Origin: Tubiluchus corallicola
Lineage: Eukaryota > Animalia > Priapulida
Reading direction: 5' to 3'
DNA length: 64,000 nt
Assembly (NCBI GenBank): GCA_030141605.1
Contig: JAQGDQ010000008.1
Coordinates: 868,001-932,000 of the forward strand
The first letter of the stretch is position 1, and each line of letters begins with the position of its first letter. Positions 47,901 to 62,900 of the stretch are shown here, piece after piece. The translations under genes and the position numbers were made by a program. The notes beneath the pieces were generated by a model, which searched no databases, was not told where the DNA came from, and saw only the letters and a list, made by a program, of their open reading frames with translations.

Positions 47901-50900
47901 CATAAGCGGCTTTGCAGATGCTTCAGCTACTGGATGCTAAAACAAAATAACAATTAATAAGAATCGTGTGTAACCAGGGTAATTTAACACATTTAAATAC
48001 AGTTGGGCAATGGTCATTTCGCGAGATGATTTACACAAAATTTTTGAACCACTTAATAATGTTAAACCCATACTGCATGTCTAAATGAGAGTCGTATGAA
48101 CGAGAATAACAATAAAACACACAAGTAAATTGTTACATATTAAACTAAAGTACTTTCATCTAACAAAACCATGTAAACAAGGATTGATACAGGATTACTT
48201 TGTCTCGACACCTCTTTACTTAAACATCACATACTTGTTTGAAGCAAAACAGTTGTATTTAAGAAAATACCATATCTCCTGCAGCTTTGCTGCATGATGG
48301 CTCTTTATGCATATCAGAATCGAAAACTTCATCAACAGGTAAACTGTGAGCATCAAAAACACTAGGCGACGTATATTCACCCGGACTCACAGGTGTGGTG
48401 CTACGAGGAGGCTGCTGTTGCAAGGTAGCATCTGTGATGCTGACTGCAGTTTGTAGTGGCATTAAAGCATTGACAACTGCATCCCTAAAATAAACAAGAG
48501 GTGGATGAAGCGGCGGTTCGGACAATCGTATTTAAAAGCTTAAGTACTACTATGAATTATAACACAAACCAAAAGCTAAACACCAATTCTATTAGAATTT
48601 TAAGCAAAATTTCCAGGGCAATTTTTGAAGTCAAAATATATATTTTAAAGCATTAAAACTATTCATTTCAATATCAGTATTTAACAAAAAACTAAGATCT
48701 AAATGAAAAAATACAGTACAATAGAAAGAACAGAATAAGAATACAGAAAAGAATGCCATTCACGATTTGACATGTCAAAAAACAAATGATTTGTGGTTAA
48801 CTAAATTATATTTAATTATAGTGACACATGAAACAAATCCACTACTTGGCACAAATAATTTGCTATGTTGTGTACATTTGTCTTGCTCCATTTTCTGCTG
48901 TTTTATATTATTGGATTCAATGGTAAATTTTGAAACAATTCGACTACCTGGCATAATTAATCTGCAATTCTGCATTTGTCCCAGTGCCTGCTGCTTTGCA
49001 CTATTGGAATTTATAGATTCATTTATTAGTAAATTATGAAACAATTCCATTACCTGGCATAATTAATCTGCAATGCTGCGAGCATTTGTCCCAGTGCCTG
49101 TTGCTTTGCACTATTGGATTCTATAGAGAGAACTATCTTAGCCAATGACGGTCGTTGAGACTTGGCCGGATTGTTGTTATCCACTGGAATGCTTCCACTA
49201 TTGCTCTGATCATCACTAGAGATTCCTGACAAAAATTAGCAATTAACAGGTATCTTAATTAATTTTCCACCTCTTTTTATTCAGTCAAAGCATTAAAATA
49301 GCCATGACAAATAAAATAACATTGAAACGATAGTGCAGCTTTATAAAGCAGTGTCAATATATGCATGACAATCCAATAGTCTAGTCAAACAGCACTTGTA
49401 TAGCAAAATATTGCCTAACATCCTATTTTAAATAGCTTGCACGTAACGGAAAATAAGCAAAGACAGGCTAATGCAATTACTGGATGAGTGAATGATTATA
49501 ACTAAACAAAGTTTACTTCACCACATACATGAACAATTTTTCTTGCAGAACAGATTTGCGTTGGGTCTCTAAAGTGGTCTAATCAGTGAATTGTGTAATA
49601 AGTTTTTAACTAGTTTTACATTGTGACCTACTTCCTATTGTACATTTTTACTAAGTTCATGGCAATGGTAAATTGTTTTCTAATTGAATGGAAGCGCATC
49701 AAATGAAACGTTGCGTTCGAGCTATATTCATGTGCACAAATGTAAGTTCGTACACTTACGTAAGAGCAAAACGTATATGCATGCGCGTGTAACCCAATGC
49801 TTCACATTCTGGACTAGTTGTTCACATTAATAATTCTAGATGAGATACAAGGATAATAAGATACTTATTAAATTTAATAGACACTTACACTTCCCAGAAA
49901 TTACTCACTTGATATCCAAACTGATAAACAAAAAATGAAACAAAAAACATTGAACTGTGGAACATGATTATAAACCAATACACTTTTTTACAGAGTTCAG
50001 CATAGATGCAAGCCAGAACCCAATACTCAGTGGCAGGGCCTACTAAATGCAGATGGTTGTAGAGAGACCGTATCTATCTCATTATCAATGATAGCCCTTG
50101 AAAACGAGACAACTATAGAATAAATATATAATTAACCAATCTTTATGAAAGCTCAGCATCCCATTAACAAATTCTGTTTGTTCCTCATTGAAACATTTGT
50201 GAAAACTCAAAGAAGCCTTTGGATTTGGTAAAATTACACAAGACTAGAAAATTGCATTACCTAAGAGTGTGGCACCAAGGGAATCTTTGGTTGCAGTAAA
50301 CAGTACTGGTTCGTGCATACTGGGTGAACTCAGTTCTGTCGTGGCCCAAGCAACGCTGTGCGAGGAGCCGCATGCCACCTTGGTAATCTTCGTTCCTTCT
50401 AAACTTTGAACTAAACACGGTCGCTTGTTGACGGTTGTGGTGCCATTGCCTTGCTGACCATGATCGTTGTCACCCCAGGCAAACACCTGTTCAAGAATAA
50501 GATATGTAAAATCACTAGTTTCTGATCATTAATTAATTTCTCTCATTAATTTCTGATTAATTAATCAAAAGTGAGCACTGATTAATTTGTTAAATTTTCC
50601 AAATTAGCAATAATCTGTTTCATTCAATTACATTAATATTTTCTTAACACAAGTCAAAAAGTTTTGTGCATAATTTTTTAACCTTTTTCTTATCCCTATG
50701 TGTAGAAGCTTATCCAGGATCGATCGCATCTTATGTGCCATGTAAATACTACCAAAAGAAATTATTAAAAAATGAACAGAACCTATCCTCCATACATAAA
50801 TATGGAGGAAACTAATAATCGAATATTAGAACTAATATTCAAATTTACACAATTATCGAAATTGTTCTAGGTAATTAAATTGCCATCTAAAACTTAAAAA

Positions 50901-53900
50901 TGTCAGTAATAAAAGACAAAAAATCCTTCACCAACTTTTATGATAATTGTATCGGGGTAACAACTAATTTTTTGTCTTCTCAGTATTAAATAAAAAACAA
51001 AATTTTTTATTAAATTACCTGGCCAGTGTCAGTGACAGCCAAGCAATGCAGTGCACCAACAGACACATGAATGATCTTTTTTCCATTAAGCCCTTCTACC
51101 GGTTGAGGTCGTCGTACATGAGCGTCAGAACCATGTCCTAGACGATAGTAGTCACCTTTACCCCTGAAAACATGATGCTACTCAAGTCCCAAAATACTAT
51201 CATCTAAAATATAGTTGCGCATTGGCAAACCACAAAATAATTTTAGGTTTAATAGTGAGTTTCAAGTGTTATTAATAATGACAAATGATAAAATGATAAA
51301 ACTACAAAATCAAAAAATCTGGTATTTTATTTCTTTTCCTAAACTGCAAAAACTTTTCAGCACATCTAAAGACTAAAATTAATATACAATAAAATGACAA
51401 TGTGAATAAAGTGAATAGCTGAGGCTGGTCAGTGAATAGATGGGTGACCACCATTCACTCTGGGGGGGGGGCAGCTGTTTACACAGTTAAGTGAGGATTT
51501 ATTCACATCAGAATGTGGTCAGAATAGTAAGATTCCTCTGTTGGTTTAGTATCTCAGCGTAGATGATTATTATTATTTTATTATTATTATTTATGGGTAA
51601 TTAGGGGACAAAATAGTGTAGCATGTCATACAACACTATAATGTAATTGTATATATTAGCGCTAAACTTTACGTACCTATGACAATAACAATTAACAGGA
51701 AGGACAAAATTATAAATAACATTACAAATTTTGGTAAAGATGGCTGTGAAGGCGAGCTTTAAAAGTAGTTAAGCTGACAACATTTATGACTTTAAATGGC
51801 AAAGATTAAATACATTTATTACTCGACATGCAAAACTGTACAGATGTACAATGAGTCAAACTTGAGGTTAACTCTGTAAGCTTTAAATTATGTCCACAAA
51901 GACTTGTATCACTAGACAACACAAAAAGACATCTGTAGTCATAATCTACAAATTCCATGGAGCAACTGGTAAGTAAGAATCAAGTCAGCTCGTTGATGCC
52001 TAATGTAGAGAGACTGAAGAGAGAACACAAAAAGCCACTCATTATAACTAAACTGGGATAATCCGTAGACTAAGAGTGTGACACTACGCTGAACTTTTTC
52101 CAAATAATCAATATCTCATTGATAATAACGCTACCAAACATGACAGGTGTACTCAAATTTTGAGTGTATTAGAGGCTGATACATAAGTAGGAATGACTGT
52201 TTGTCTAATCAAAAGAGCGTTGTATTAAGCTAATATTTGCGCCTTGTCTGATTCAAGTTTTTGACAATGCTCCGAAGATTTAGCATCAGATGAAATAAGA
52301 CAGCATAGGTAACATTCACATGCAGAAGTGATCACGTCATCATTGAGTGTATACTCAAATTACGGATTGTAAAATTCAAAACGTAAGATTGCACATTTTG
52401 AGGCCATCAACCAGAGGTGAGCCCAATCACTAGCAGAATTTAGGTCATCCTGCAGAGCAAAAACATTGGCCTGATTTGTGGTTAGATGGAGCTGTTAGGT
52501 TCCCATCTCACCACAGCCAACGAACTGTAAGCAGGCCGCCCAGAATTAGCTTGGAAATTGCCATACTGTGTGTAAAAATGATTCAATTCTAAATTCAACA
52601 ACAACAAGCATACAAGTTAGTTAAATACCTTATAAAGGGATTTCTTACAAAGTTAGTTAAACACCTTACAAAAGAAATGTTTTTATAGAAAAGCCATTTA
52701 CCAAGTCCAAACTTGTCCACTTTTTGTCAAAGCTAACGAAAATTGCGCACCACATTCTATCTGATAAACTCCAAGTCCAGATAATCTGTCAATTTCCTAA
52801 AAAAAATCAAAGAATCCAAGAGTTCTCAAATTGTATCCATGCTTTTGTACAATATACGTAAAAGGATACTAGAATTTAGAAATGAAAAGCACAAAAACAT
52901 CACTTTATTTAAATGAAATAAAGATTTTTATGACATACATAAAAACTTAAGGCAGAAAAATTTTAGGATAGAAAAATTTCTGATTAGGAGCAAAAAACTG
53001 GGTTCAAAGTGACAAAATGAGAATATTGTTTTAATCGTAATTCCAAATCCAGGTTATGAAGGTTTATGAATTTCATTTCGTGTTGAGCCAACTAATTATA
53101 TAGCTAACTAAGAAAACTAATGAAAAAGTCACTCTGTTTCTGTTAAAGTTGTTACGGAGGGTAAAGAAACACCACCCAAAAACAACAAAATCAATCTGAA
53201 ATAACATTTAGCAGTAAAATCAATCCACTGTTCCTGCTACTAACCTGAGGCACATTGCACCCCTCACTCCCGCCTCTACCCAACTTGCCGAAATCTCCGT
53301 CTCCCCATGAGTAGAGTAAACCTTCATCAGTTAGAGCGATCGTCTGAGCGTCTCTGCTACCACAAGCTACTTGAACCACCCTCTGCCCAGCTAGAGCCTT
53401 CACCTAAAATGCAGAAAAAGTTAAACATTCATTGAAATACTGACACTTTAAATTTTTTAGCAGTTATTAGACATACTAAATCTACGATGGTTGGTATCAA
53501 TGTAAGTTCACTTTGAGACTAGCTGGAGACTATTTATGTTACGAGAACATATTGATTGAGATCTGTGATCTCATTGCATTTATTAGCATTTTCTATGTGG
53601 TTATATTGCCGATACTTTTGTCAGGAAATATGGTTGTGCATCACCTATTTACGAGGTGTCTATTAATGTACAACTAGTTCTCCAAGTATGCAGTCCGCTA
53701 TAATATTTATTAGGTGAAGACCTACAGGCCAACACTCTTTACCATTAATCTTAACTGCTTACTTAATCTTGACTAGGCCTAGTTAGTTTTCATGTTTCAC
53801 TGAATGCTTTTACATCTACATGAGCTAACTCACTTGGTGGCTACAGCCCTGTCACTAGATTTCTGTTTTTCTTCTTATCAAGTATGATTCGAGTCATTTG

Positions 53901-56900
53901 ATAGGTTTATTTATAGTGTATTATTATGTTTTCAATATATGCTTTCTGCGGCTGAAAGTAACGCTTAACACTGAGGTTAAAATCTTATTGATATAATAAC
54001 ATTTTCATTATTACAATCATTACAGTGGAAGTTATTATCGTTACTAAGTCAATACATAACCATTTATATGCGCCACGTTTTCCTAGCTAAAATGTGCAGG
54101 TTGGGCCCTTTTGTTAGTTTCAGCAATGTCATTTACTAATATAACTTCACAAGCAATCAAGAAACTAATTTATTACATCAATATACTCTCTAGATTTTCC
54201 ACAATTTTACACACTTAAAACCAATTTCTTCACATCTTTTATTAAAAACTGATTGTTGTTCAACTGTAAGGATAGTACTTAATGTTTGTTATACATATTA
54301 TAATTGCTGCAAATTTACCCAATTTTTTCGATGAAATTTTTGACATTTATTGCAGCGAGTTTCATTTCTAGTGATTAATTTAGACATTTTGCTTTTGCAG
54401 TCGACCATTTCTTTTCCTGACAACTATTTGCAATCAAGATGAGAGTTTATAAAGAGACTAAGAAACTCGCTTGTTACACTGTTCTTGCACTGGTTTTTAC
54501 ACTCAGCCTTACATTTTGTTACAAATGCTGAAACAAAAATGGTTTTCGCAAGAGGTCTGGCCAAATTTTTCTACACACGTATAAAAACACAAACTATGTT
54601 TTCTAACCTGTCCATCATTACTACATTTGCAAAGAATTTTCTGTTTTAGAGCCCGTGTGGCTCCAGCTAAAGTCGAACAACAACTACGTTTATTGCGCAA
54701 ATTGCTTTGAGATAAGATGTTGAACTGAAAACATACAAAAAGAGCAGACAGGCATTGTACAGCAATTTTATGTTTAGGGAAACAAAGGTAATGACATTTT
54801 TTGCTTGTTTTACTTTTCTGGATTTCGGCCTCAAAATAATTTATACAGTACATGCAAGCATGTTTGCCTGCAGCTGTGTGAATTAAAAAACTGACATTAT
54901 CACAACGAAGACAATTAGCATCAGTGTAAAGGGTTACCTGTTTTGGTCTTAGCTGGGTCATGGTGTCACCATGTCCTAAACGTCCATATTCTCCAAGACC
55001 CCAGGTGTACAATTCTCCATTCGATATGATGGCAGCACTGTGAGAACTACCACATGAAATATCCCGCACTCTCTTAGACTTCAAAGCTTCTATCAACTTC
55101 GGTTTGTCACAACTCCTACCGAAAAATAGCAAAAAAATGGTTAATTCTGCTTTAATATATATTTTTTAAGTGATAAATAAAGTAACCAATTACATCACTA
55201 ACAGACAACCGGCTTTAGTGATCTAACTTCAGTTAGCCAACAAAAAACATATTTCAAAAACATTTAGTTCCTAGTTAGCAGTTGCGTCACCATAATCAGA
55301 TAAAGATTAAGCCTCAATTCACTAACTTTCATGACTTTATGTAAAACTAAAAATATACTTAAACTGATATTGCACCTATTTTATGATTTTCTGTACAATT
55401 GCAATTTTCTTACAAAAGCATCATCTCAGTTTTTTTAAACACTGAGCATGCTACGGTAAAACACTATGATGGACATAAGCTTCTGAATCTTGATCTTTGA
55501 TCAGTTGTTCACATTGACATGCTAATTTGGCTTCGTGAGCCAAAGAAATGTATTCTTAATGGGTAATGTATGCAAATGGGTAAGAAGCCATGTGCAGATT
55601 TGACTGCATAATACTTCAACAGCTAAAATATTAACACATACATTTGCAGAAAAAAAGAAATGACAAAATATAAACCAGACTTAACACCCAAAACGAATGA
55701 TAAAATGGATAATCTTCTTGATACCTAAAACCAATAAACTATTAATCCCTAACAATTTTCAATAAAGGCTTGAAACCGTTACTTAGTTGTGCTGTACGAC
55801 TGTACTATAATTTAATTGTCTGAGAGTATCATTAACTGCATGTGGCACTAAACTGAAATGAACTGAATTAATAATGCTTACATTCTGCTTGAGTGTCCTA
55901 ATTTGCCATCATCACCTTCACCCCACGAGAACACCTTACCGTCAACCGTAAGTGCTAGCGCATGTCTGCCACCTAAAACAATGGTAAAATTTGACAAAAA
56001 GGGCAAACACATTCAGACATCTGGCACACATGACACCATGAATAGTAATCCAATTAACCAAAAATTAACGTTAGCAAAGTATGTTATGACATTGCCAAAA
56101 GTGCACTGACTTACTTAAGTGTTACTTAAGACTTAAAAAACAGACATCAAAGTTCAAGAAGGCAACCATTCAGAAAACTTTAAGAATCTTGTTCCTCAAT
56201 TTAAAATAAACTACAGATTTGCAATGCATGCAGCTATTCTAATTATCACATGCCATAACTAAAAATTTCCAGACTCAGTGATTCCTTACCTAACATAAGC
56301 TACTACAATACAATGAATATAAGTTTTTAACATACCAGAATGAACTGCAACTTTCTTAATGACATATTGGCTAAAAGCTGTTATGAGTTTTGGTGTAGAG
56401 ACATTGTTACAGTGACCAAGTCCTAATCTGCCGTTTGTGCCTTCACCGCAAGCATACACTTTGCCATCCTGTGTCACTAAATGAAACATTAATAATTAAC
56501 ATTTACGTCATGTGTCGGCTTTCTCACCATCATATACCAGTTATGTCTGTTTACAGGCACTACACAAGCAGGATTCTAAAATAAAAGAAATCTGCCTTCA
56601 GGACAGGTAAATATAGGTTTAGTCCAGCAAGAAAACTAGACAATGCTATGCTTGTGGCTACTCAGCATCGTTTCCGACAGCCTGTGTTCCAACAGCACTC
56701 AACAACAAGGACATAATCATGCCAGGACCAGAATCTAGCTTATTACAAAGAAGGTGTCTTAACCATGTTTGGATGTGACTACTGCGCCTTCAAAAAAGTA
56801 AATAACCAGAATCGTATGGCAAATAAAATTCTCCAGAGCGAGTACTGAAATCGGTGGTCACCAGTGGCTCCCAGACCGACTTCAGCATTGTTTGACTTTT

Positions 56901-59900
56901 GTTACAAGTGCACAATGTGATTACTCACCTATTTCCCTAATCTCAGTACTAAGTATTAAATGCAAAAAAACCATATAATTATAGGTTCCCTGAAACAATT
57001 CCAAATTTTGTGGCACAATTCAACTTCACACAAACAGCAAAAACAAGCATAAAACTGTAAATTTGCCTGATTTAGTTCTAAGCTTGAACATACCTATGAA
57101 AAGGCTTTTTGAGCCGCCTGCTATTTGAACACATTTCAACGAGGAAAGTGTCTCAGAAAACACGGGTGTCTTAATTTTCGAACCTTTCAATCCTCCCAAC
57201 TGATCCTTATCATTCAATCCCCAGACAAATACTTTGGATTGTATTTCACTTTTTCCTGCAACAGAATCAAAACTAATTTTATCCCAGAAGCTTGTAAGGA
57301 TGACGGAAAAGTCACAAAAACATTTTACGAAACAGACGAAATTAAGAACAAAAATTCATGTAATTAACTAGATTATGGGTGTGAATGGCAGAATATTTAT
57401 TCCGTTTATTTCACAACAATTGTTAACTACGGCGGGTCATGCGTTGAAGGAAGAAGGAGCATGCTGAAAAATTGTGGACTAGTCTGGACAATTTCCACAA
57501 TTCACAATTTGTCAGCGTATTTTCTGTTCTTTTTCCAACTCATTACTCGCAATAGGTAATAATTTTGTAAAATAAACCACAAAGGTTTATGAAAATTCTG
57601 ACAGTCATAATCTAATTAATGATATCGTTAATTGCCAGGTAATTTGAAAAAGGTGACCATAAATTCATGTAAGCATATTCACATAAAATTTACAAACATA
57701 CACAAAAGTCAAATAAACATAAAGACGAAGAAAAATAAAAACATTTACACTAAAAATCCAAAATTAAAATACCAATAGAAAGCTAAGATTACAACTGCAA
57801 GAAAAGCTTAAAAAAAGCAAAAGAGCTCAGACATGTTAAAAAAATGGAACAAACAAAAATTAAAATAAAAAATGTCACATAATACACAGCCAGTTCCATC
57901 TAACTTTTATCAAGTATACATTGATTCATGCTCTTCAATTTGATTTCGCTTATTCGGATGATATTTCCTTCATTCTTACATTTATCCTCACATTGAAGAA
58001 GTTTACTATCCTTCATTCTATGATTCATTTTGTTTATTACAACATCAACACTCAGTTTTTCCTGCTGAAAAATCAGTCAACCTCATTTAGTTCATCACAC
58101 AGTTATGCAAGACAGTCCAAAATATGTCATTTCTTTTCTTATGCTCATCGAATGTAAGAAAATCCTCGATGCTACTAGTGATGTTCAAGATTCTTTGAAC
58201 ATCAAGTAAGGATGTTCTTTCTTTTTCAAGGTTTATACTAATAAATGATTTTTTACATTTCGGTATATTGCAAGCTGTAGTCCAGCTGTAGTACGGCCTA
58301 CTTAGAGTAAATGGTTATGTCAGGACTAGACCTGGTGCATTATCAAGGCAATGCCTCTAACATGGGACAATGAACCATCAGAGGCATCTTAGTCTTATAG
58401 GAATGTGAATGTTTCCACGTTTTAAGAGTTAAACAGCCACAGAAAACCACCCACAGGGAGTACTGAACCCAGGCAATCATAAACCATTCACTGATATGCC
58501 TCAGCAATGCTTAACTTTGGTCACAAATCACATGCACATGACCAGTTGGCTATTTGCTCCCTCAAAGGATACCAGTAATATAAAGGAACATAAAAGTTAA
58601 ACAAAACAATACAGCTTTTATAAAACTTACCATCAGATTTTCCTTTCTTTTTCGCACTCATGACATCCAAATCATTATCCTCCTCATCTGATGCTAAGAA
58701 AGAAAAAGAAGCCGCAAGGTTGTCCTCATCACCACGGAGACGGCCAATGATTGACAAGCCATGCACTTTGCAGTCAATACCATTGCTTTTGCATTGTTTT
58801 ATAGCAATTTCTATGAACAGGTAGTACTAAAAAATGAAACATTATTTTGGTTATTAACAATTATTATCAACAATTGTAATCTAAAAAAATTGGAATAATA
58901 TCTTCTGTCACCACTACATATAACGAATGACACACAAATGGAATTAATGATGAAGAATGTAAAAATTTGAAATGTTTTGCACCCGTAATGGAAGTTTTTC
59001 TTATTCTCTTTGAGTTTTACATATGTCTATTGATAGGCCTTCTCAGGCATAGAATTTCATTGGACTTTTTCGTTAATTGATGTCGATAAATGTTATTTCA
59101 CAATCAAAAATATATTGGTGAAATGGAGGTTTTAATAATTATGAATATTATACTAAAATGCTAACCACTATAATAATTTTTAGATATTTTATAAAATAAT
59201 GTTTCTGAATACACTGCAGATTTCTAAACTGGTAATAAGTTAAATAATGAGCACTGTGAGACATTTTCGATCCTGGAAGTTATTAAATGATGTTAAAAAA
59301 TAAAAAGTGTCTGTAATTATTAAATTTCTGAAACCAAACTAAACCAAGAAGACAAACGTGAAAAAAGTGAGAGAGCATCTACAAATAAATCAAAAACTTT
59401 TGGAATGCAAGGCAATTTCGTAGTGTTAGACTTGTAATCCGAATGTCCCAAGTTCAAATCCAAGCTGAAGTGCAAACGTTTTGCCATTTGCTTTCTATCC
59501 ATTTACATTGGTTTCAAATATTTAACAAGTGTGAGCTCAATGCAATAATTTTTGGTTGCAAAAATCTAGAAGCTTCTCATTTTCATCGAAAATTTGTACT
59601 TGAAATCATCACATTTGATTTTGAATGAATCGTGAGTACCATGAATACATGGGGAGTTTTTCTTTAACTGTCCCACCTCAAACTGATAATCTTGGAAGTT
59701 GGATTAAAATAAATAAATAACTATGTAAGTTTTTTAATTACATTTACACGCAATGAAAATGTGCAAACAGCTGATACTTGATGATGAATATTTCCAAACA
59801 TATTTTTCATCAATACTGTTACAAAACTTTTAAAATATTTTTCAATAATCGCACACCTCTGTCATATCGGAAAGCAAAGCTGGCTCGTCGGGTTGTAAGT

Positions 59901-62900
59901 TGATTTTTCGTAGCTCCTTCATGCTGCCAATAGCATCACCTCCACTGACAACAACCACAGATGGCATGTAGCTAGCATCTGAGTCTTGAACTCTCATCTT
60001 TAGGGAACAGATGAGGATGTCAGCATGTAACTCTAACCTAATCCAGTGCTGAAAATAGTCAAAAGGAAGTAGTTGTAATAGTCATCCTTGTTCTACAAAC
60101 TATATTTGTATTTACTATGACACTGTTATATGTTTGAAAAAAAAACAAATGGTTACAAATTTCCGCATGTTAAGAAGTTATTTAGAAAGAAAATGTTTAC
60201 TTTCTATTTACTTTCTAAGATTTGGTGAACAACTAATGTGTAACTGCATGACTTATACGATATATATCAACAACCATTATTGATTTTTGCCTTTGGAATA
60301 ATGCTTTCTATGTAATGGTTTCATTTAACAAAGTTTGACTCAACACTGGACAGTGCTTTCGTTAAGTGGTGACTTATAAACCAATCATATTCGAACTATT
60401 ATTATGCAATTGAGGGAAGTAAATAAAAGACAACATTATGTTGCAATACTAAATAGAAAGGTAATTAAAGCAATAGAGCAAAGCACAGCACTAATAACTT
60501 AAAGGCCGACTCATTGAAAAAATACAATTTGCCTCTCATGCTGTGCTTTTACACAGAGTTAAGCAATGTTAGCTTTAGGCAATTGACAACACACTGCCTA
60601 GCATGTCTGCCTGCAGCAATGGCTACAACACAGATGACACAGTAATTCTACCATGCATAATGGTGTTATTAAAGTGGATACTCATTTTGAAAAATTTCCT
60701 AAAATGCAGAACACCAGAGGTAACAATTTTTGGATGATCACAACAAAGCAGAAAATAAGTTTCTTTGTATCCATTTAAGTAAGATGAGAAGTAGAAGTAA
60801 GTGTAATTTAAAAACATTCAACCAATTACGAGATACGCGCAAAACATTTTTTGGGTCCGACCCAGCCTGCTATCTTCTGCCCGTTACAGCTATTAAAAAA
60901 TCACCCTACTTTAAAGCCAGATGGGTGTAAACATTCTTGGGTAAGCAGAAAAATCGTCTATAGATACTCTACAGGCAATTTAGAGTTCCAGAAAAATTGA
61001 AATACAATAAGTACAGAGCCCAAGTTAGCAGATCCAAACCAACAAACTATACAACAAGAGCAATTGTCACTACAAGTACAAACACCTGTTATATGTAAAT
61101 TCGGGTTTTTTTGAAGAAGGTTGTGCCCTATATCTATTTATCCGCAAAAGCAATTTTTGTCAATTTAATTTAGTATTTAAAAAGAACTGTTCATCTGTTC
61201 ATCTAAGAAGTTTTTTTTATTAACTAATATTCTCAATCCCCGTAAATTTACATTATCTTACTCAAGCACTATAAGCTACTGCATGTTGTATGATGCGTGC
61301 GGCACAGCCGTTTTCCAATAAAATTATAGTTTAACATGTCGCACCATACTAAATAACATACAGTATGCAAAAAGGTACGCATAAGTAATTTAGTAAGTAA
61401 ATAAATTTTCTGGATATAGGGATAATAAAAATTCTTTTCCTTCGACACACTTCCAAGTAAATCATTTTTAATAATTGGACGTTTATATTTTAGACAGGCA
61501 TCCTTTTTTTGTTTTTTCCAGTGCTGTTTTATCCTTGTGGAAGTGCTGTTAATTGATAATTATGTGAATTTTTTTATATAGTCACAGCCCGTGGTTTATT
61601 TCAAATACACTTTAACTCATGGTTGCTGAACACAGTAAGCCTGTGTTAAACTAATAGTAGAGTTACGGTTCAGTCTGCTGGCTTAGGCAAAGTGATGTTG
61701 TCAAACATTTGCTTCCCGATAGTTTTATTTGGGGGAACTATGCAGTAAATACGCAGCATATACTGTCAGCTGTTTATAGAGGTAAAAAGGACGCTTTTTA
61801 AAGCAATTTGTTAGCAACGTAATGCTAACAGTTGGCTATTTACAACATATTTTAGGTAAGAAAATTAATAACAAAGTGTCTAAATAAATGACAGATTAAA
61901 TAAGAAAAATGCAAAAAACTAGCAGTTCATATCCAGTAATTTAAAGCAAAGGTAACAGAGTTCAACAAACTAAACAAAAATGATGACAAATTTTGTAAAA
62001 TTTAAATACATACTTTGCCCTGCGACCCATGACTCTGCCAGTAAGTATCAGGCTTCCCATCAATAAGCCTATGGGCTTGATTTTCTCTGGACGACACCGT
62101 CAGATTCTTCACGCACCGTCCCCAGTCTTTAATATGCTCACAACCTGCCCCACCAGAAAGCGCCCCGTGCTTACCATACTTCCCAGGTTTACCCACATAC
62201 ACTGGAGCACAACCTGTGAACAAATACCTCTTAATATTGACTAAATTAATTACACAGTGAATTCCATCAGTTCAGAAATGTTAAATCACAAAGAAAATCA
62301 AAATCACAGCAAAAGACCACCTATACATATCTTTATGATAGTTGTTGGGTAACTGTGCCCATTATAGGCCAGAAAGATTAAGCCAAATGCCTATTTTCTG
62401 TACAGTTCAGCAGGCTGAAAGCTTTGGTACAGCATTCAACGCCAGGCCTACTTGATGTAGAAGATTGTGGTGGGATGGATTCCTAGGTCGTTATAATTCT
62501 CTAAGATGAGACACTGGAGAGGTTGAGAGAGGTATCTTAACCATGTTTGGACGTGCATTACAACCTTACTTAATAAGGTAAATACCTACAAGCACAATGT
62601 CAGATGAAACCATATAAAGGAAGTTTAATACGAAGGAAATCCATCCATTTGCTGAACAGGCTCAGCATTTCAACTGCTAAGTACTACACATTGCCAACTT
62701 GCCTATTAACCAATGGCAGCAGAAATTTCACAATATTGGAGAAACTGTTTCCAAAAGTGGATATTCTAATGTAATTAAATTCACTTATTTAGAAAAGTAG
62801 AAAAAAAAATAAGTAAAAAATAAATAAGTAGAATTCATGCACATTTACCTAGCGAGAGCATGACTATGACAAATTACATTAACAAACGATAATTTCACCA

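Noticed and set aside
54509-54937. 207-aa ORF extending past a HERC2 donor (possible second read-through exon)
   Set aside because: The extension is only about 140 codons with Cys/Phe/Lys-rich composition typical of translated intron, and lacks supporting frame-preserving structure.
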